This document shows, piece after piece, positions 15,234-25,469 of a stretch of 32,000 bases of DNA. The DNA is from Synechocystis sp. PCC 6803 substr. PCC-P (GTDB lineage Bacteria; Cyanobacteriota; Cyanobacteriia; Cyanobacteriales; Microcystaceae). The DNA is taken from the NCBI RefSeq assembly GCF_000284455.1, contig NC_017039.1, forward strand, positions 2,070,001 to 2,102,000, in the 5' to 3' direction. The position numbers and the translations under genes are program-made. Each line of letters begins with the position of its first letter. Positions within the stretch are counted from its first letter, which is position 1. The notes under the pieces were generated by a model. The model was not told the DNA's origin, ran no database searches, and was given only the letters and a program-made list of their open reading frames with translations.

Positions 15234-15560
15234 ATGGAATCGATCAACCAAAAATTATGTCTAACTCCCGAGTTAGAAGCCCTCATGACCACCACCGAAG
15301 CCCTGGCGGAAGATTACCAGGACGACCATGACCGTTTGCTACAGCTCCTAAGGGTTCTGGAATCTCTGCACCGTCACATTCGCATCGACTATTTTGAACC
15401 GGCCTTGCCCAATACCCGTCGGGGTCTATATGGCCTACTAAGGGATATCGAAGAAAGTGGCGGCTGGCCATACATTGAGCGGGGTAAGCTGAGTCATTTC
15501 ATCAAGAATTTGCAGGAAAGCCTGGAGCAGGAGGTGGAGTCCCTGGGGGAATTAGATTAG
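15234..15560 (+). CDS. Conserved hypothetical protein
   Basis: I use the ATG at 15234 (MESINQKL...) within ORF 15180..15560. The product is acidic and helical. I recognise no family. Confidence 0.55.
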   Translation: MESINQKLCLTPELEALMTTTEALAEDYQDDHDRLLQLLRVLESLHRHIRIDYFEPALPNTRRGLYGLLRDIEESGGWPYIERGKLSHFIKNLQESLEQEVESLGELD

Positions 15561-15630
15561 GACCATAACTATTCTCCCAAAAAGCAACGGCCGTGTGGGG
15601 AAAGGCTGAAAGGCTTATAGATTGACGAAA

Positions 15631-15702
15631 CTGGGGTGCTAGGATTCGAACCTAGGAATGGCGGGACCAAAACCCGCTGCCTTACCGCTTGGCTACACCC
15701 CA
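15631..15702 (-). tRNA. tRNA-Gln (anticodon UUG)
   Basis: The reverse complement reads TGGGGTGTAGCCAAGCGGTAAGGCAGCGGGTTTTGGTCCCGCCATTCCTAGGTTCGAATCCTAGCACCCCAG. It has a cloverleaf with anticodon stem GCGGG/CCCGC, loop TTTTGGT and a GTTCGAATC T-loop. CCA is not encoded. Confidence 0.9.
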
Positions 15703-15890
15703 TTGATTAACCTTTGTTATTCTACCAGCACCATTCCAAGTTCTGTCAAGCTCCCCTGAAAAATTTGCATCCGGGTCGGGAACAGGGATTTTGGCCGGGA
15801 GCCACAGGGTTAAGCACATCGCCCATTAATGAGCACTGTCACAGTGATTGGAGTTGACAAAAGGCAACGGTCATTAAAAATAAAGGAAAG

Positions 15891-15929
15891 AAAAAACTGT
15901 CTGCCTCCCAGAATCACGGGGAGACAGGG
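15891..15929 (-). terminator. Intrinsic terminator candidate for the 15957-16319 gene
   Basis: On the minus strand, CCCTGTCTCCCCGTGATTCTGGGAGGCAGACAG forms an imperfect ~10-bp stem followed by TTTTTT. Confidence 0.55.
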
Positions 15930-15956
15930 CCCTACCAAGACAAGCAAATTGATCAG

Positions 15957-16319
15957 CTAAAAAGTACCCAGGGGAAAACCGGAACCTGTTTGTTTGGGTT
16001 CCCCCGAAGAACTGCGTTGCCAATCATTTTCTTCTTTGATCTGGCTACTACGGTCATTGATACTGAGGGGAGGGGTATTGGTAGTGTTAATTTCCAATAG
16101 GGTTTGGGAATTAGTCCCCATATTTTGTTGGGGGAACCAATCTTCCACTTGACGTTCCTGGAGGCCATCGAGGTCGTTGATATTGCCCGTGGCCGGTAAG
16201 TCTTCTGGGAAAGGTTCCACTGGGTTATAGGATTGGGCTGTAACGGTAGTAGGGGTCCCGAGCACAAAAGCGGTGCCGGCAAGCAGAACTAATTTCCATG
16301 GGGAATAATGGTATTTCAT
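15957..16319 (-). CDS. Small secreted hypothetical protein
   Basis: I use the internal ATG at 16319 (MKYHYSPWKLVLLAGTAFVLGTPTTVTA-QS), which gives a Sec-type signal peptide. The mature part is polar and low-complexity. Confidence 0.5.
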   Translation of the reverse strand: MKYHYSPWKLVLLAGTAFVLGTPTTVTAQSYNPVEPFPEDLPATGNINDLDGLQERQVEDWFPQQNMGTNSQTLLEINTTNTPPLSINDRSSQIKEENDWQRSSSGEPKQTGSGFPLGTF

Positions 16320-16506
16320 TGGTTTGGCCTCTGGTCTGGCAATGGTTGCTAGGCGATCGCCTGTTGAAATTAACAAACTGTCGCCCTTCCACTGACCATG
16401 GTAACGATGTTTTTTACTTCCTTGACTAACCGAGGAAAATTTGGCGGGGGGCAGAAATGCCAATACAATTTAGCTTGGTCTTCCCTGCCCCTAATTTGTC
16501 CCCTCC

Positions 16507-17850
16507 ATGGCCTTGCTTTCCCTCAACAATCATCAATCCCATCAACGCTTAACTGTTAATCCCCCTGCCCAAGGGGTCGCTTTGACTGGCCGCCTAAGGG
16601 TGCCGGGGGATAAATCCATTTCCCATCGGGCCTTGATGTTGGGGGCGATCGCCACCGGGGAAACCATTATCGAAGGGCTACTGTTGGGGGAAGATCCCCG
16701 TAGTACGGCCCATTGCTTTCGGGCCATGGGAGCAGAAATCAGCGAACTAAATTCAGAAAAAATCATCGTTCAGGGTCGGGGTCTGGGACAGTTGCAGGAA
16801 CCCAGTACCGTTTTGGATGCGGGGAACTCTGGCACCACCATGCGCTTAATGTTGGGCTTGCTAGCCGGGCAAAAAGATTGTTTATTCACCGTCACCGGCG
16901 ATGATTCCCTCCGTCACCGCCCCATGTCCCGGGTAATTCAACCCTTGCAACAAATGGGGGCAAAAATTTGGGCCCGGAGTAACGGCAAGTTTGCGCCGCT
17001 GGCAGTCCAGGGTAGCCAATTAAAACCGATCCATTACCATTCCCCCATTGCTTCAGCCCAGGTAAAGTCCTGCCTGTTGCTAGCGGGGTTAACCACCGAG
17101 GGGGACACCACGGTTACAGAACCAGCTCTATCCCGGGATCATAGCGAACGCATGTTGCAGGCCTTTGGAGCCAAATTAACCATTGATCCAGTAACCCATA
17201 GCGTCACTGTCCATGGCCCGGCCCATTTAACGGGGCAACGGGTGGTGGTGCCAGGGGACATCAGCTCGGCGGCCTTTTGGTTAGTGGCGGCATCCATTTT
17301 GCCTGGATCAGAATTGTTGGTGGAAAATGTAGGCATTAACCCCACCAGGACAGGGGTGTTGGAAGTGTTGGCCCAGATGGGGGCGGACATTACCCCGGAG
17401 AATGAACGATTGGTAACGGGGGAACCGGTAGCAGATCTGCGGGTTAGGGCAAGCCATCTCCAGGGTTGCACCTTCGGCGGCGAAATTATTCCCCGACTGA
17501 TTGATGAAATTCCCATTTTGGCAGTGGCGGCGGCCTTTGCAGAGGGCACTACCCGCATTGAAGATGCCGCAGAACTGAGGGTTAAAGAAAGCGATCGCCT
17601 GGCGGCCATTGCTTCGGAGTTGGGCAAAATGGGGGCCAAAGTCACCGAATTTGATGATGGCCTGGAAATTCAAGGGGGAAGCCCGTTACAAGGGGCCGAG
17701 GTGGATAGCTTGACGGATCATCGCATTGCCATGGCGTTGGCGATCGCCGCTTTAGGTAGTGGGGGGCAAACAATTATTAACCGGGCGGAAGCGGCCGCCA
17801 TTTCCTATCCAGAATTTTTTGGCACGCTAGGGCAAGTTGCCCAAGGATAA
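16507..17850 (+). CDS. aroA: 3-phosphoshikimate 1-carboxyvinyltransferase (EPSP synthase)
   Basis: 447 aa with [24 protein letters not shown] and KESDRL motifs. The [14 protein letters not shown] pattern resembles Bacillus/CP4-type (class II-like) EPSPS. Confidence 0.92.
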   Translation: MALLSLNNHQSHQRLTVNPPAQGVALTGRLRVPGDKSISHRALMLGAIATGETIIEGLLLGEDPRSTAHCFRAMGAEISELNSEKIIVQGRGLGQLQEPSTVLDAGNSGTTMRLMLGLLAGQKDCLFTVTGDDSLRHRPMSRVIQPLQQMGAKIWARSNGKFAPLAVQGSQLKPIHYHSPIASAQVKSCLLLAGLTTEGDTTVTEPALSRDHSERMLQAFGAKLTIDPVTHSVTVHGPAHLTGQRVVVPGDISSAAFWLVAASILPGSELLVENVGINPTRTGVLEVLAQMGADITPENERLVTGEPVADLRVRASHLQGCTFGGEIIPRLIDEIPILAVAAAFAEGTTRIEDAAELRVKESDRLAAIASELGKMGAKVTEFDDGLEIQGGSPLQGAEVDSLTDHRIAMALAIAALGSGGQTIINRAEAAAISYPEFFGTLGQVAQG

Positions 17851-17852
17851 AG

Positions 17853-19457
17853 TTAGAAAAACTCCTGGGCGGTTTGTAAATGTTTTACCAAGGTAGTTTG
17901 GGGTAAAGGCCCCAGCAAGTGCTGCCAGGGTAATTTATCCGCAATTGACCAATCGGCATGGACCGTATCGTTCAAACTGGGTAATTCTCCCTTTAATTCC
18001 TTAAAAGCTCGCTTAAAACTGCCCAACGTATCTCCGTAATGGCGAGTGAGTAGAAGTAATGGGGCCAAACGGCGATCGCCACGGGAAATTAAAGCCTGCA
18101 TCACTGACCAGTTATAACTTTCGGGACGAAAATCAACACCCAGGGGCCGCAGTTTTTTTTGCAAAAATTGTAGACGCTGTTTGGCTTCCGGATTGACCCC
18201 ATACCATTGGAACGGGGTGTGGGCCTTGGGGACAAAGGTGCTACAGCCAAAGGTGAGACGTAAACCGGGGGCGACTTTTTTGACCTGTTTTAATAAATCT
18301 ACCGTTGCTTCCACATCTGACCTTGTTTCCCCTGGCACGCCGACCATGCCATAAAGCTTCAATCCCTGTAATCCCCCCGCCTGGGCCTGTTGGGCAGCGG
18401 TGAGAATTTCCTCGTTAGTCAGTTTTTTATTGATAATTTGCCGGAGTTTTTCCGAACCGCTTTCAATGGCAATGGTGAGGGATTTAGTGCCCCGTTTAGC
18501 TAAGGTTTGGGCCAATTTTTCGTCCACTGTGTTGGTACGCACTGAAGCAATGCTGAGCCGCACATGGTCAAATTCTGGTTTTCCCAGGTAATCCAACAAC
18601 TCGTTAAATTCCGGATGTTGGGTTACGGAAGCTCCTAACAATCCCAGGCGATCGCTCACTTGCAATCCCCGTTCAATGGCGGGCAGTAGGGATTTTTCCG
18701 TATCCGCTGGCCGAAAAGGTAACGTCAGGTAACTAGCTAGGCAAAATCGACACATTTCCGGGCAACTGCGTACCACTTCCACCATGAAAATATTTTCCCA
18801 TGCGGCCTTTTCCGTCACTACTGTGGAGGCAGACAGAACATTACCCCGGTAGGTTTGCTTACTAACTTGGGCGGGAATGGCGGTGGTACTGGGTTGGATG
18901 TGACTAATTTTGCCCTCAGCGGCTTCGTAACTTATTTCGTACAAACTAGGCACATAAATGCCGGGAATTTGGGCTAGTTTTTCTAGTTTTTCATTCCTAG
19001 AACAAGACCGCACGCTTTGGTAACCATCAATAAATTCCGGCAGTAGATTTTCCCCGTCCCCCAACAAAATTAGGTCAAAAAAGTCTGCAAAAGGTTCTGG
19101 ATTAGCGGTCAGCACCGGGCCGCCACCGAATATTAAAGGATCTTCAGCAGCCCGCTCTTTCGCCAGCAGGGGAATTTGTAATTGCTCCAACAGGGTCAAA
19201 ATATTGCTGTAGTCCAACTCCCAGGAAAAGGAAAAGCCTACCAATTCTGGCGATCGGGGTAACGTTTCTTGGGCGTCGGTGAAAAGACGACTAACCTGCA
19301 CATCGGAGCGTTGGGCTAAGGTTGACCAAATTACTTGATACCCCAAACTGGTAATGCCCACACTGTAGATGTTGGGAAAGGCAAAAATTAACGGCACCGC
19401 ATCGGCTTGGGGAGACGCAGGGGTAAACAGCAGCCTTTCGGCCTGGGCTTGGTGCAT
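17853..19457 (-). CDS. Radical SAM enzyme of unknown substrate
   Basis: 534 aa with the CxxxCxxC cluster motif in VRSCPEMCRFCLASY. The N-terminal region resembles the uncharacterised radical-SAM family with a B12-binding-like lobe. Confidence 0.75.
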   Translation of the reverse strand: MHQAQAERLLFTPASPQADAVPLIFAFPNIYSVGITSLGYQVIWSTLAQRSDVQVSRLFTDAQETLPRSPELVGFSFSWELDYSNILTLLEQLQIPLLAKERAAEDPLIFGGGPVLTANPEPFADFFDLILLGDGENLLPEFIDGYQSVRSCSRNEKLEKLAQIPGIYVPSLYEISYEAAEGKISHIQPSTTAIPAQVSKQTYRGNVLSASTVVTEKAAWENIFMVEVVRSCPEMCRFCLASYLTLPFRPADTEKSLLPAIERGLQVSDRLGLLGASVTQHPEFNELLDYLGKPEFDHVRLSIASVRTNTVDEKLAQTLAKRGTKSLTIAIESGSEKLRQIINKKLTNEEILTAAQQAQAGGLQGLKLYGMVGVPGETRSDVEATVDLLKQVKKVAPGLRLTFGCSTFVPKAHTPFQWYGVNPEAKQRLQFLQKKLRPLGVDFRPESYNWSVMQALISRGDRRLAPLLLLTRHYGDTLGSFKRAFKELKGELPSLNDTVHADWSIADKLPWQHLLGPLPQTTLVKHLQTAQEFF

Positions 19458-19537
19458 AAAGTCAGAATACTTAGTTAAATCAATGGCAGATCAAACGGAT
19501 CAACAATAAAACAACGGCGATCGCCAGGGAGTTGGGG

Positions 19538-20005
19538 TTAATGGTAAATTTCCAAATGCAACACATAATGACCCAAACATTCCTGGGCTGCCCAGAGTTC
19601 ATATTCCACCCGCAAAAATTCCGGCAAGGGAGACCCCTGCAAGGTAATGTCCCTGGTGTAATTCCGTAACTGGAAGGAGTCGCTCAGATGTCTTTCCTGT
19701 TCATTGAGCCAATAGCGGCTAATGCCATAAACTCCCTGTTCCCAAAAATGACGGTAGGAAAATTGACTATTACCCTGGCGAGTCAGCACAATGCGTCGGG
19801 GAGACAGTTCTAACCACAATAGTTGAGAGGAGGGTAATACCTGTTGATCGCCGTTGGGAACTTGCTCCTGTTCTTGGTGGAGTAGGAGGTGAAAGCGATG
19901 CAAATCCTTTTGGTAGAGGGTAGCGGCGGTCTCCAGGGTGGAAAGAATGGGCAAATCGGTGGAAATGAGCGATAGGCAAACCGGACGACGGTGGTGGGTC
20001 AACAT
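19538..20005 (-). CDS. Conserved hypothetical protein
   Basis: I use the ATG at 20005 (MLTHHRRPV...) within ORF 19538..20032. It lies 80 bp upstream of the radical SAM gene on the same strand. I recognise no family. Confidence 0.5.
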   Translation of the reverse strand: MLTHHRRPVCLSLISTDLPILSTLETAATLYQKDLHRFHLLLHQEQEQVPNGDQQVLPSSQLLWLELSPRRIVLTRQGNSQFSYRHFWEQGVYGISRYWLNEQERHLSDSFQLRNYTRDITLQGSPLPEFLRVEYELWAAQECLGHYVLHLEIYH

Positions 20006-20226
20006 AAAAACTTGACGGGTGAGGAAAAGCAAATCAGCCTATCTATCCAGGGGATGACAAACAGGATTCTGTTTCAGCATAACGGTCAACATTGGCCCCC
20101 TGCCATAGGGCCCTGGGAGCAAATTGGCCCCAAGCTGGGAACCGGCCTAAGAATTTAGTAATTTTTTTAGCAAGGGGCTTGTGTAAAAGATCTTTTAGTT
20201 GCTATGATGTTGAATCGTTGAGTCAA

Positions 20227-20298
20227 TCCTCGGTAGCTCAGTGGTAGAGCGGTCGGCTGTTAACCGATTGGTCGTAGGTTCGAATCCTACCCGGGGAG
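20227..20298 (+). tRNA. tRNA-Asn (anticodon GUU)
   Basis: TCCTCGGTAGCTCAGTGGTAGAGCGGTCGGCTGTTAACCGATTGGTCGTAGGTTCGAATCCTACCCGGGGAG. The acceptor stem is TCCTCGG/CCGGGGA, the anticodon loop is CTGTTAA and the discriminator is G. CCA is not encoded. Confidence 0.9.
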
Positions 20299-20334
20299 TT
20301 CTAAAACTCGGATGTTTTTTACGGTTAGAAACCA

Positions 20335-20365
20335 GGGGAATCTGTTTATTTTCCCCGTGTTTTTG
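20335..20365 (+). terminator. Hairpin plus T-rich tract downstream of tRNA-Asn
   Basis: GGGGAA-(10 nt loop)-TTCCCC is followed by GTGTTTTTG and further T-runs. It may also serve the convergent peptidase gene. Confidence 0.45.
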
Positions 20366-20396
20366 TCTGTATTTTTTTAACTGTTTTTTGCAGTTT

Positions 20397-21335
20397 TTAT
20401 ATTGAGGCGTTGCCGTAGTGGTCGCCATCGGTTAATTCCAGCGTGTCTCCGATCGCCGTACCGGTGTGATAGGCCGCCAATAGGACAGGGCAGGTTTTTC
20501 CCCAGGCAATATGGCCTTGATGATCCAAGGCGATCGCCCCCAGGTCAGTGTTATTTTCCAAAGCTTCCGTGATGGATTTTGCCATGGCTTGAGCTAAATT
20601 TTGGCCATCCTTAACCCGGATTACCACCTTGGCGGCCAAACATTCATTGATAATGTCTTCCCCTACTCCAGTGCAACTAACCCCAGCAAAACGGGTGGCA
20701 TAGTTCCCCGCCGGCATAGCAGAATCACTCACCCGACCAATGCGCTCTAGCCCTTTGCCCCCAGTGGAAGTACCGGCCGCAATTTTGCCGTTAGCATCCA
20801 ACGCCACTACGCCGATGGTGCCTTTTCTGGCTTCAATGCCCACGGTGGGATCAGCAATTAGCCGAGCCATTTTTTTGCGCACATCTTCTCCCCGTTCCTC
20901 CATCCATTCCTGAATGCGAAAATCCGTGGCGGGATCGTAAATGGGCAGTTGCATTTCCCTGGCTAAATCCGCCGCCCCATAATCGGACAAAATCCGGTCT
21001 GTTTGCCCCTGCAAAAATTGGGCCATCTGGATCGGATTTTTAATGCGGGAAACGTTAATTACCCCACTAAAATTCTGGCGATCGCCGTCCATCAAAGAAG
21101 CACTCATGCGAACTTGTCCATCCGACTGGAGCACCGAACCAGTACCAGCGTTAAAACGAGGCTCATTTTCCAATAATTCACAACCTTGTACCACCGCATC
21201 CATGGCACTGCCCCCCGCTGTTAGGGTTTCATACACTGCGGCCACAATTTGATGTAGGGATTGGCGCACAGTGGCCAAGCCCCCCTTATCGTCGAGGGAA
21301 CTCGCACCACCATGGATGATTAATTTGGGGGTCAT
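20397..21335 (-). CDS. Isoaspartyl peptidase / plant-type L-asparaginase (Ntn hydrolase)
   Basis: 312 aa with an IIHGGA N-terminus, the autoproteolysis/nucleophile context KGTIGVVALD and GTSTGG. This fits the isoaspartyl dipeptidase family. Confidence 0.88.
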   Translation of the reverse strand: MTPKLIIHGGASSLDDKGGLATVRQSLHQIVAAVYETLTAGGSAMDAVVQGCELLENEPRFNAGTGSVLQSDGQVRMSASLMDGDRQNFSGVINVSRIKNPIQMAQFLQGQTDRILSDYGAADLAREMQLPIYDPATDFRIQEWMEERGEDVRKKMARLIADPTVGIEARKGTIGVVALDANGKIAAGTSTGGKGLERIGRVSDSAMPAGNYATRFAGVSCTGVGEDIINECLAAKVVIRVKDGQNLAQAMAKSITEALENNTDLGAIALDHQGHIAWGKTCPVLLAAYHTGTAIGDTLELTDGDHYGNASI

Positions 21336-21455
21336 AGAATTTTAGGTAAAGGCTTGGGTGAAGGATAGATCAGCACCAACGGATCGTAGATGGGAAAGGA
21401 AACCGTTAGTGATTATGGGTCGAAGTCAGAAGGGAAGGCAGATCCAAACTTTTAA

Positions 21456-22751
21456 CTAAATATCCAAACGGCTGTAAATTTCCGCCAGGTTAGTCAAATG
21501 TTGTTGGGGGTCAAAGCACTGGTCAATTTCTTCGGCAGAAAGTAGGGCCGTTACCTGGGCATCAGCTCGGACTAGCTCTTCAAAATTGCCCCCTTCCGTG
21601 TTCCAGGCTTGGTGGGCGGAACCCTGCACCACTCGGTAGGCATCTTCTCGATTCATGCCTTTTTCCACTAGGGCAAGCAGAACTTTTTGGCTGAAAATTA
21701 CCCCGCCGTAAACGTTCATATTGCGTTTCATATTTTCGGGATAGACCAACAGATTTTTCACCAAATCCGTGGTTTCCTTCAACATAAAATGGGTGAGAAT
21801 ACAGCAGTCGGGAAAAGCAACCCGCTCCACAGAACTGTGGGAAATATCCCGTTCATGCCAGAGAGCTACATTTTCCAACGCCGCCACTGCATGACCCCGA
21901 ACCAGCCGGGCCATTCCCGTTAATCGTTCTGAGCGGATGGGGTTACGTTTATGGGGCATAGCGGAAGAACCCTTTTGGCCCTTGGAAAAATATTCCTCCA
22001 CTTCCAAAACATCGGTGCGTTGCAGGTTGCGAATTTCCACTGCAAACCGTTCCAAAGAGGCGGCCAGCAAAGCCAACTGTTGCACGTATTCCGCATGGCG
22101 ATCTCGGGAAATGACCTGGGTGGAAGCCGTATCTGGTTCTAAGCCTAATTTCTGACAGGCGATCGCCTCCACTTTGGGGTCAATGTTGGCATAGGTGCCC
22201 ACGGCGCCGGAAATTTTACCCACGGCAATGGATTGGGCTACCCGCACCAGGCGATCGCGGTTTCTCAATACTTCCGCTAACCAACCAGCGAGTTTAAATC
22301 CGAATGTGATGGGTTCGGCATGGATACCATGGGAACGGCCCACCATGACGGTGTAACGATGCTGCTGAGCTTGGTAACGGATGGCCTGAATTAGTTTTTC
22401 CAACTGCTCCAAAATCAGGTCTAGGCTCGCCACCAATTGCAACGCCAGAGCGGTGTCCAGTACGTCGGAGCTTGTTAGTCCCAGGTGAATATAACGCCCC
22501 GCATCCCCCACATATTCATTAACGTTGGTTAAAAAGGCGATGACATCGTGACGCACTTCCGCCTCAATTTCCAGCACTCGTTGGGGATCGAACTTAGCTT
22601 TGGCCTTGATTTCGTCCACCGCTGCCTGGGGAATATAACCCAACTCCGCCTGGGCTTCACAAACGGCGATTTCCACGTCTAGCCAGGTTTGTAGCTTGTA
22701 GGTATCCGTCCAAATTTTGCCCATTTCAGGCAGGGTATAACGTTCGATCAC
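21456..22751 (-). CDS. purB: Adenylosuccinate lyase
   Basis: 431 aa with the fumarate-lyase signature GSSAMPHKRNP and an N-terminus MIERYTLPEMGKIW typical of PurB. Confidence 0.93.
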   Translation of the reverse strand: MIERYTLPEMGKIWTDTYKLQTWLDVEIAVCEAQAELGYIPQAAVDEIKAKAKFDPQRVLEIEAEVRHDVIAFLTNVNEYVGDAGRYIHLGLTSSDVLDTALALQLVASLDLILEQLEKLIQAIRYQAQQHRYTVMVGRSHGIHAEPITFGFKLAGWLAEVLRNRDRLVRVAQSIAVGKISGAVGTYANIDPKVEAIACQKLGLEPDTASTQVISRDRHAEYVQQLALLAASLERFAVEIRNLQRTDVLEVEEYFSKGQKGSSAMPHKRNPIRSERLTGMARLVRGHAVAALENVALWHERDISHSSVERVAFPDCCILTHFMLKETTDLVKNLLVYPENMKRNMNVYGGVIFSQKVLLALVEKGMNREDAYRVVQGSAHQAWNTEGGNFEELVRADAQVTALLSAEEIDQCFDPQQHLTNLAEIYSRLDI

Positions 22752-22905
22752 AGGGCCAGTTCTCCAAATAACCGCTTAATTTTACTATTTGGCGGCAACC
22801 ATCGTCAGATACTGGCATTCCAACTGCCAAGGCAATGGCGTTTTCCAGGTTTTTTGTAATATGGAAGATATTGCATTTATGCCACCCAGAGCAGGGTCTG
22901 TCCCC

Positions 22906-23493
22906 ATGACCATCACCAGTTCTGCGCCGATCCCTACCCAAGACCAAACCCTTGTGCTGCCCGGTCACCACAGTTGGGAGGCTTTTAAAGCCATTCAAGC
23001 GGTCATGGAACAACAGCCAGGGCTACGCATTACCTATCTAGATGGAGTAATTGAGTTCATGACCCTGGGGGAGTACCACGAATCAATTAGAAGTATGATT
23101 GCCATTTTGTTGGGTATCTACTTTTGGCAACGGGAAATTGAATTTATTCCGGTGGGCAGTGCCACCCGGGAATCGAAGGGAGAATCTGTTTCCTTTGAAC
23201 CCGATGAATCTTACTATCTTGGTGAGAAAAAGGCCCATCCCGACTTGGCCATTGAAGTCAATATCAGCAGTGGCAGTGCCAAAAAACTGGAAAAATATCA
23301 ACGACTTGGCATTGGTGAAGTCTGGATGTGGCAAGACAAAAAGTTTTCTATCTACTTTTTAAATGGCGATCATTACCAAATCATTTCCAAAAGCCAACTG
23401 CTTCCAGATTTGGATATTGCCCTGTTGGAAGAGTGCGTACTGATGTCTTCTGCTTTAGAAGCGATGCAAAGGTTTACCAGTCAACAAAAATAG
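22906..23493 (+). CDS. Uma2-family (DUF820) PD-(D/E)xK putative endonuclease
   Basis: Shows the pattern W..F.......PGLRITYLDGVIEFM, EPDESYY and PDLAIEV. The start is uncertain: ATGs at 22861, 22879 and 22906 sit within ORF 22789..23493. Confidence 0.75.
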   Translation: MTITSSAPIPTQDQTLVLPGHHSWEAFKAIQAVMEQQPGLRITYLDGVIEFMTLGEYHESIRSMIAILLGIYFWQREIEFIPVGSATRESKGESVSFEPDESYYLGEKKAHPDLAIEVNISSGSAKKLEKYQRLGIGEVWMWQDKKFSIYFLNGDHYQIISKSQLLPDLDIALLEECVLMSSALEAMQRFTSQQK

Positions 23494-23549
23494 GCGGCGA
23501 TCGCCTGATTTTAATGTGATCTAAACCTAATCTTTTGGGCAGATTCTCT

Positions 23550-23867
23550 TCACTCTAGAGGGCCGTTCACCAAGCCATTGAAGCCATAGATTTCCCGACT
23601 GCCAGCATAGGCCACTAAGTTAACGTTTTTTTCGTCCCCTGGCTCAAAGCGCACCGCCGTTCCCGCTGGAATATCCAACCGCATCCCCTTGGCCAAATCC
23701 CGGTCGAATTGCAGAGCGGCATTGACTTCGTAGAAATGGTAATGGGAACCCACTTGAATAGGGCGATCGCCAGTGTTGGCCACATTAATAGTGCAGGTGG
23801 AGCGGCCTACGTTTAGTTCTATGTCACCTTCGGGGGTAATGATTTCGCCAGGAATCATAGTTGCCAT
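23550..23867 (-). CDS. ureB: Urease subunit beta
   Basis: [19 protein letters not shown]...[15 protein letters not shown]...RFEPGD is a classic UreB sequence. The start is either the ATG at 23867 (MATMIPGE) or at 23858 (MIPGE). Confidence 0.92.
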
Positions 23868-23902
23868 ATGGTTAGTTGAGCTATGGGTATTAGTCGATTG
23901 GC

Positions 23903-24400
23903 TTAGGGCTGCCAAGCAAAAAACAAGATACCCCCCAACAGTAACCCCAAAAATAGATCCGTGGCCATGGCGTAGTTTTCTTTCGCATTGCGTTCGGGTT
24001 GCAAAATATGGTTAATGCCCGCCAAAAGATAAAAAATTCCCCCGGCCAGAGCGGCCCCCAGCACCCACGCGTTGACGAAGATACTCCCCAAAGCCACACT
24101 GGCGATCGCCAAATTGCCGATGCCCAACTCTTTGACCAAAATCAGAGAGTCTTGACTTTGAACACCTAGAATTTTCTCGGCAGTGAAACTTGGTTTAGTG
24201 ATTTGCACCACCCCAGCTAAAAATAGCCTCACCCCCACCCCCCAAAACACAAACCAGCGGGCCAGCACATCCACCAAAGCTTGGCTATTGCCGGAAGTGG
24301 TCCACTCCAAAGCAATAGAAAGTAGGGGAAAAACTAAAATTACCAGAGTTACAAGCAGAAAGTACATAATAGTTCTGGGAAATGCAGTCAAAAACCTCAA
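23903..24400 (-). CDS. Hypothetical integral membrane protein
   Basis: 165 aa with about 4-5 hydrophobic segments. I recognise no family. Confidence 0.55.
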
Positions 24401-24444
24401 ATATTCAGCTAAATTAAGAAATTAGCGAGTTCTTACGTGGCAAT

Positions 24445-25401
24445 TTAAGCTTGAGTGGCGTTTTTTCGCACTGCTTTGAACATACCGAAGCGACAAAGTC
24501 CTACCCCAAAGGCAAGGCGCATCAATAAAATAGTCGGTACTTCCCGCACGGATTTGATAAACCCACGAATGCCGTATTGTAACCAGCCCTGGGGCCGGAT
24601 AATGCCCTGCCAAATGGTATCCAACCAAGCGGGGAGGGTCGGTACAGTCCAATCAGCAGTAGTCACCTGGCCCTCCACCAAACCCGTGGCTTCCAAATTT
24701 TCCGCAAAACCTTCAATGCTGGCAAAGGCAGGGTGGGACCATTGATCCAACAGTTGTCGCATCACTGGTTTTTCCCAGAAGTTGAGGGGCACTTGGCGAT
24801 CGTCCCGTTGATTCCAATCCGCCACCACCAGAATGCCCCCTGGTTTCACGACCCGCAGTAATTCCTTGGCAAACACAGCTTTGTCAGGCATGTGGGGCCC
24901 TGCTTCCACCGACCAAACTACGTCGAAACTACCGTCAGGAAAAGACAAAGCCATAGCATCGTCCACCGCAAACTTGGCCGTCACATCGGGAGGAGTTAAT
25001 TCCGTCGCCCGTTTCACCTGTTGGGGACTAATGGTGATGCCGGTAACGTTAAAACCATAATCTTTGGCGAGAATGCGACTGCTACCGCCAATGCCGCAAC
25101 CCACATCCAATACCGTTGTGCCGGGGGGAAGTGTATCTAATCCGCCCCACTGGGCCATGGCATGGACAAAATCAATTTTCGATTGGATGAAATCCTTGGC
25201 CACTGGCGGATCGCCATAATGGCCGAGGTGGATATGGTCGCCCCAGTAATATTCCAAAATGCCGTCCTCTGTCCATTGGTCGTAGGCGTTGGCCACGGAA
25301 TCCGATGACTGATAGCCCCGGGCAGTTAGGAGATACAGTCCAGCGGCGATCGCCAGGGAGAGGGAAATTAGGCCAGCGGGCAGAAGCAAATACTCGGGCA
25401 T
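24445..25401 (-). CDS. SAM-dependent methyltransferase, MPBQ/MSBQ (tocopherol/plastoquinone pathway) type
   Basis: 318 aa with an N-terminal membrane anchor and SAM motif I VLDVGCGIGGSS. The overall sequence matches my recollection of the cyanobacterial 2-methyl-6-phytylbenzoquinone methyltransferase. Confidence 0.75.
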   Translation of the reverse strand: MPEYLLLPAGLISLSLAIAAGLYLLTARGYQSSDSVANAYDQWTEDGILEYYWGDHIHLGHYGDPPVAKDFIQSKIDFVHAMAQWGGLDTLPPGTTVLDVGCGIGGSSRILAKDYGFNVTGITISPQQVKRATELTPPDVTAKFAVDDAMALSFPDGSFDVVWSVEAGPHMPDKAVFAKELLRVVKPGGILVVADWNQRDDRQVPLNFWEKPVMRQLLDQWSHPAFASIEGFAENLEATGLVEGQVTTADWTVPTLPAWLDTIWQGIIRPQGWLQYGIRGFIKSVREVPTILLMRLAFGVGLCRFGMFKAVRKNATQA

Positions 25402-25469
25402 GGAATAGTTAAAACAGCAGGGAAAATTAAGTATTAATCTTGTTTAGGGTAACAAAGTTGGGCAGGGCC

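Noticed and set aside
16542-17673. Antisense and off-frame ORFs within aroA (16542-16766, 16713-16904, 17139-17645, 17308-17673)
   Set aside because: They are embedded in a full-length EPSP synthase gene with all its motifs. They have no independent signals.
15560-20400. tRNA-Gln and tRNA-Asn as integration sites for an island
   Set aside because: By eye I saw no integrase gene, no duplicated tRNA 3' end and no compositional break next to either tRNA. The neighbouring genes look native.
20195-20428. 77-aa minus-strand ORF overlapping tRNA-Asn
   Set aside because: It is mostly the reverse complement of a tRNA gene and its terminator region, so it is not plausible as a CDS.
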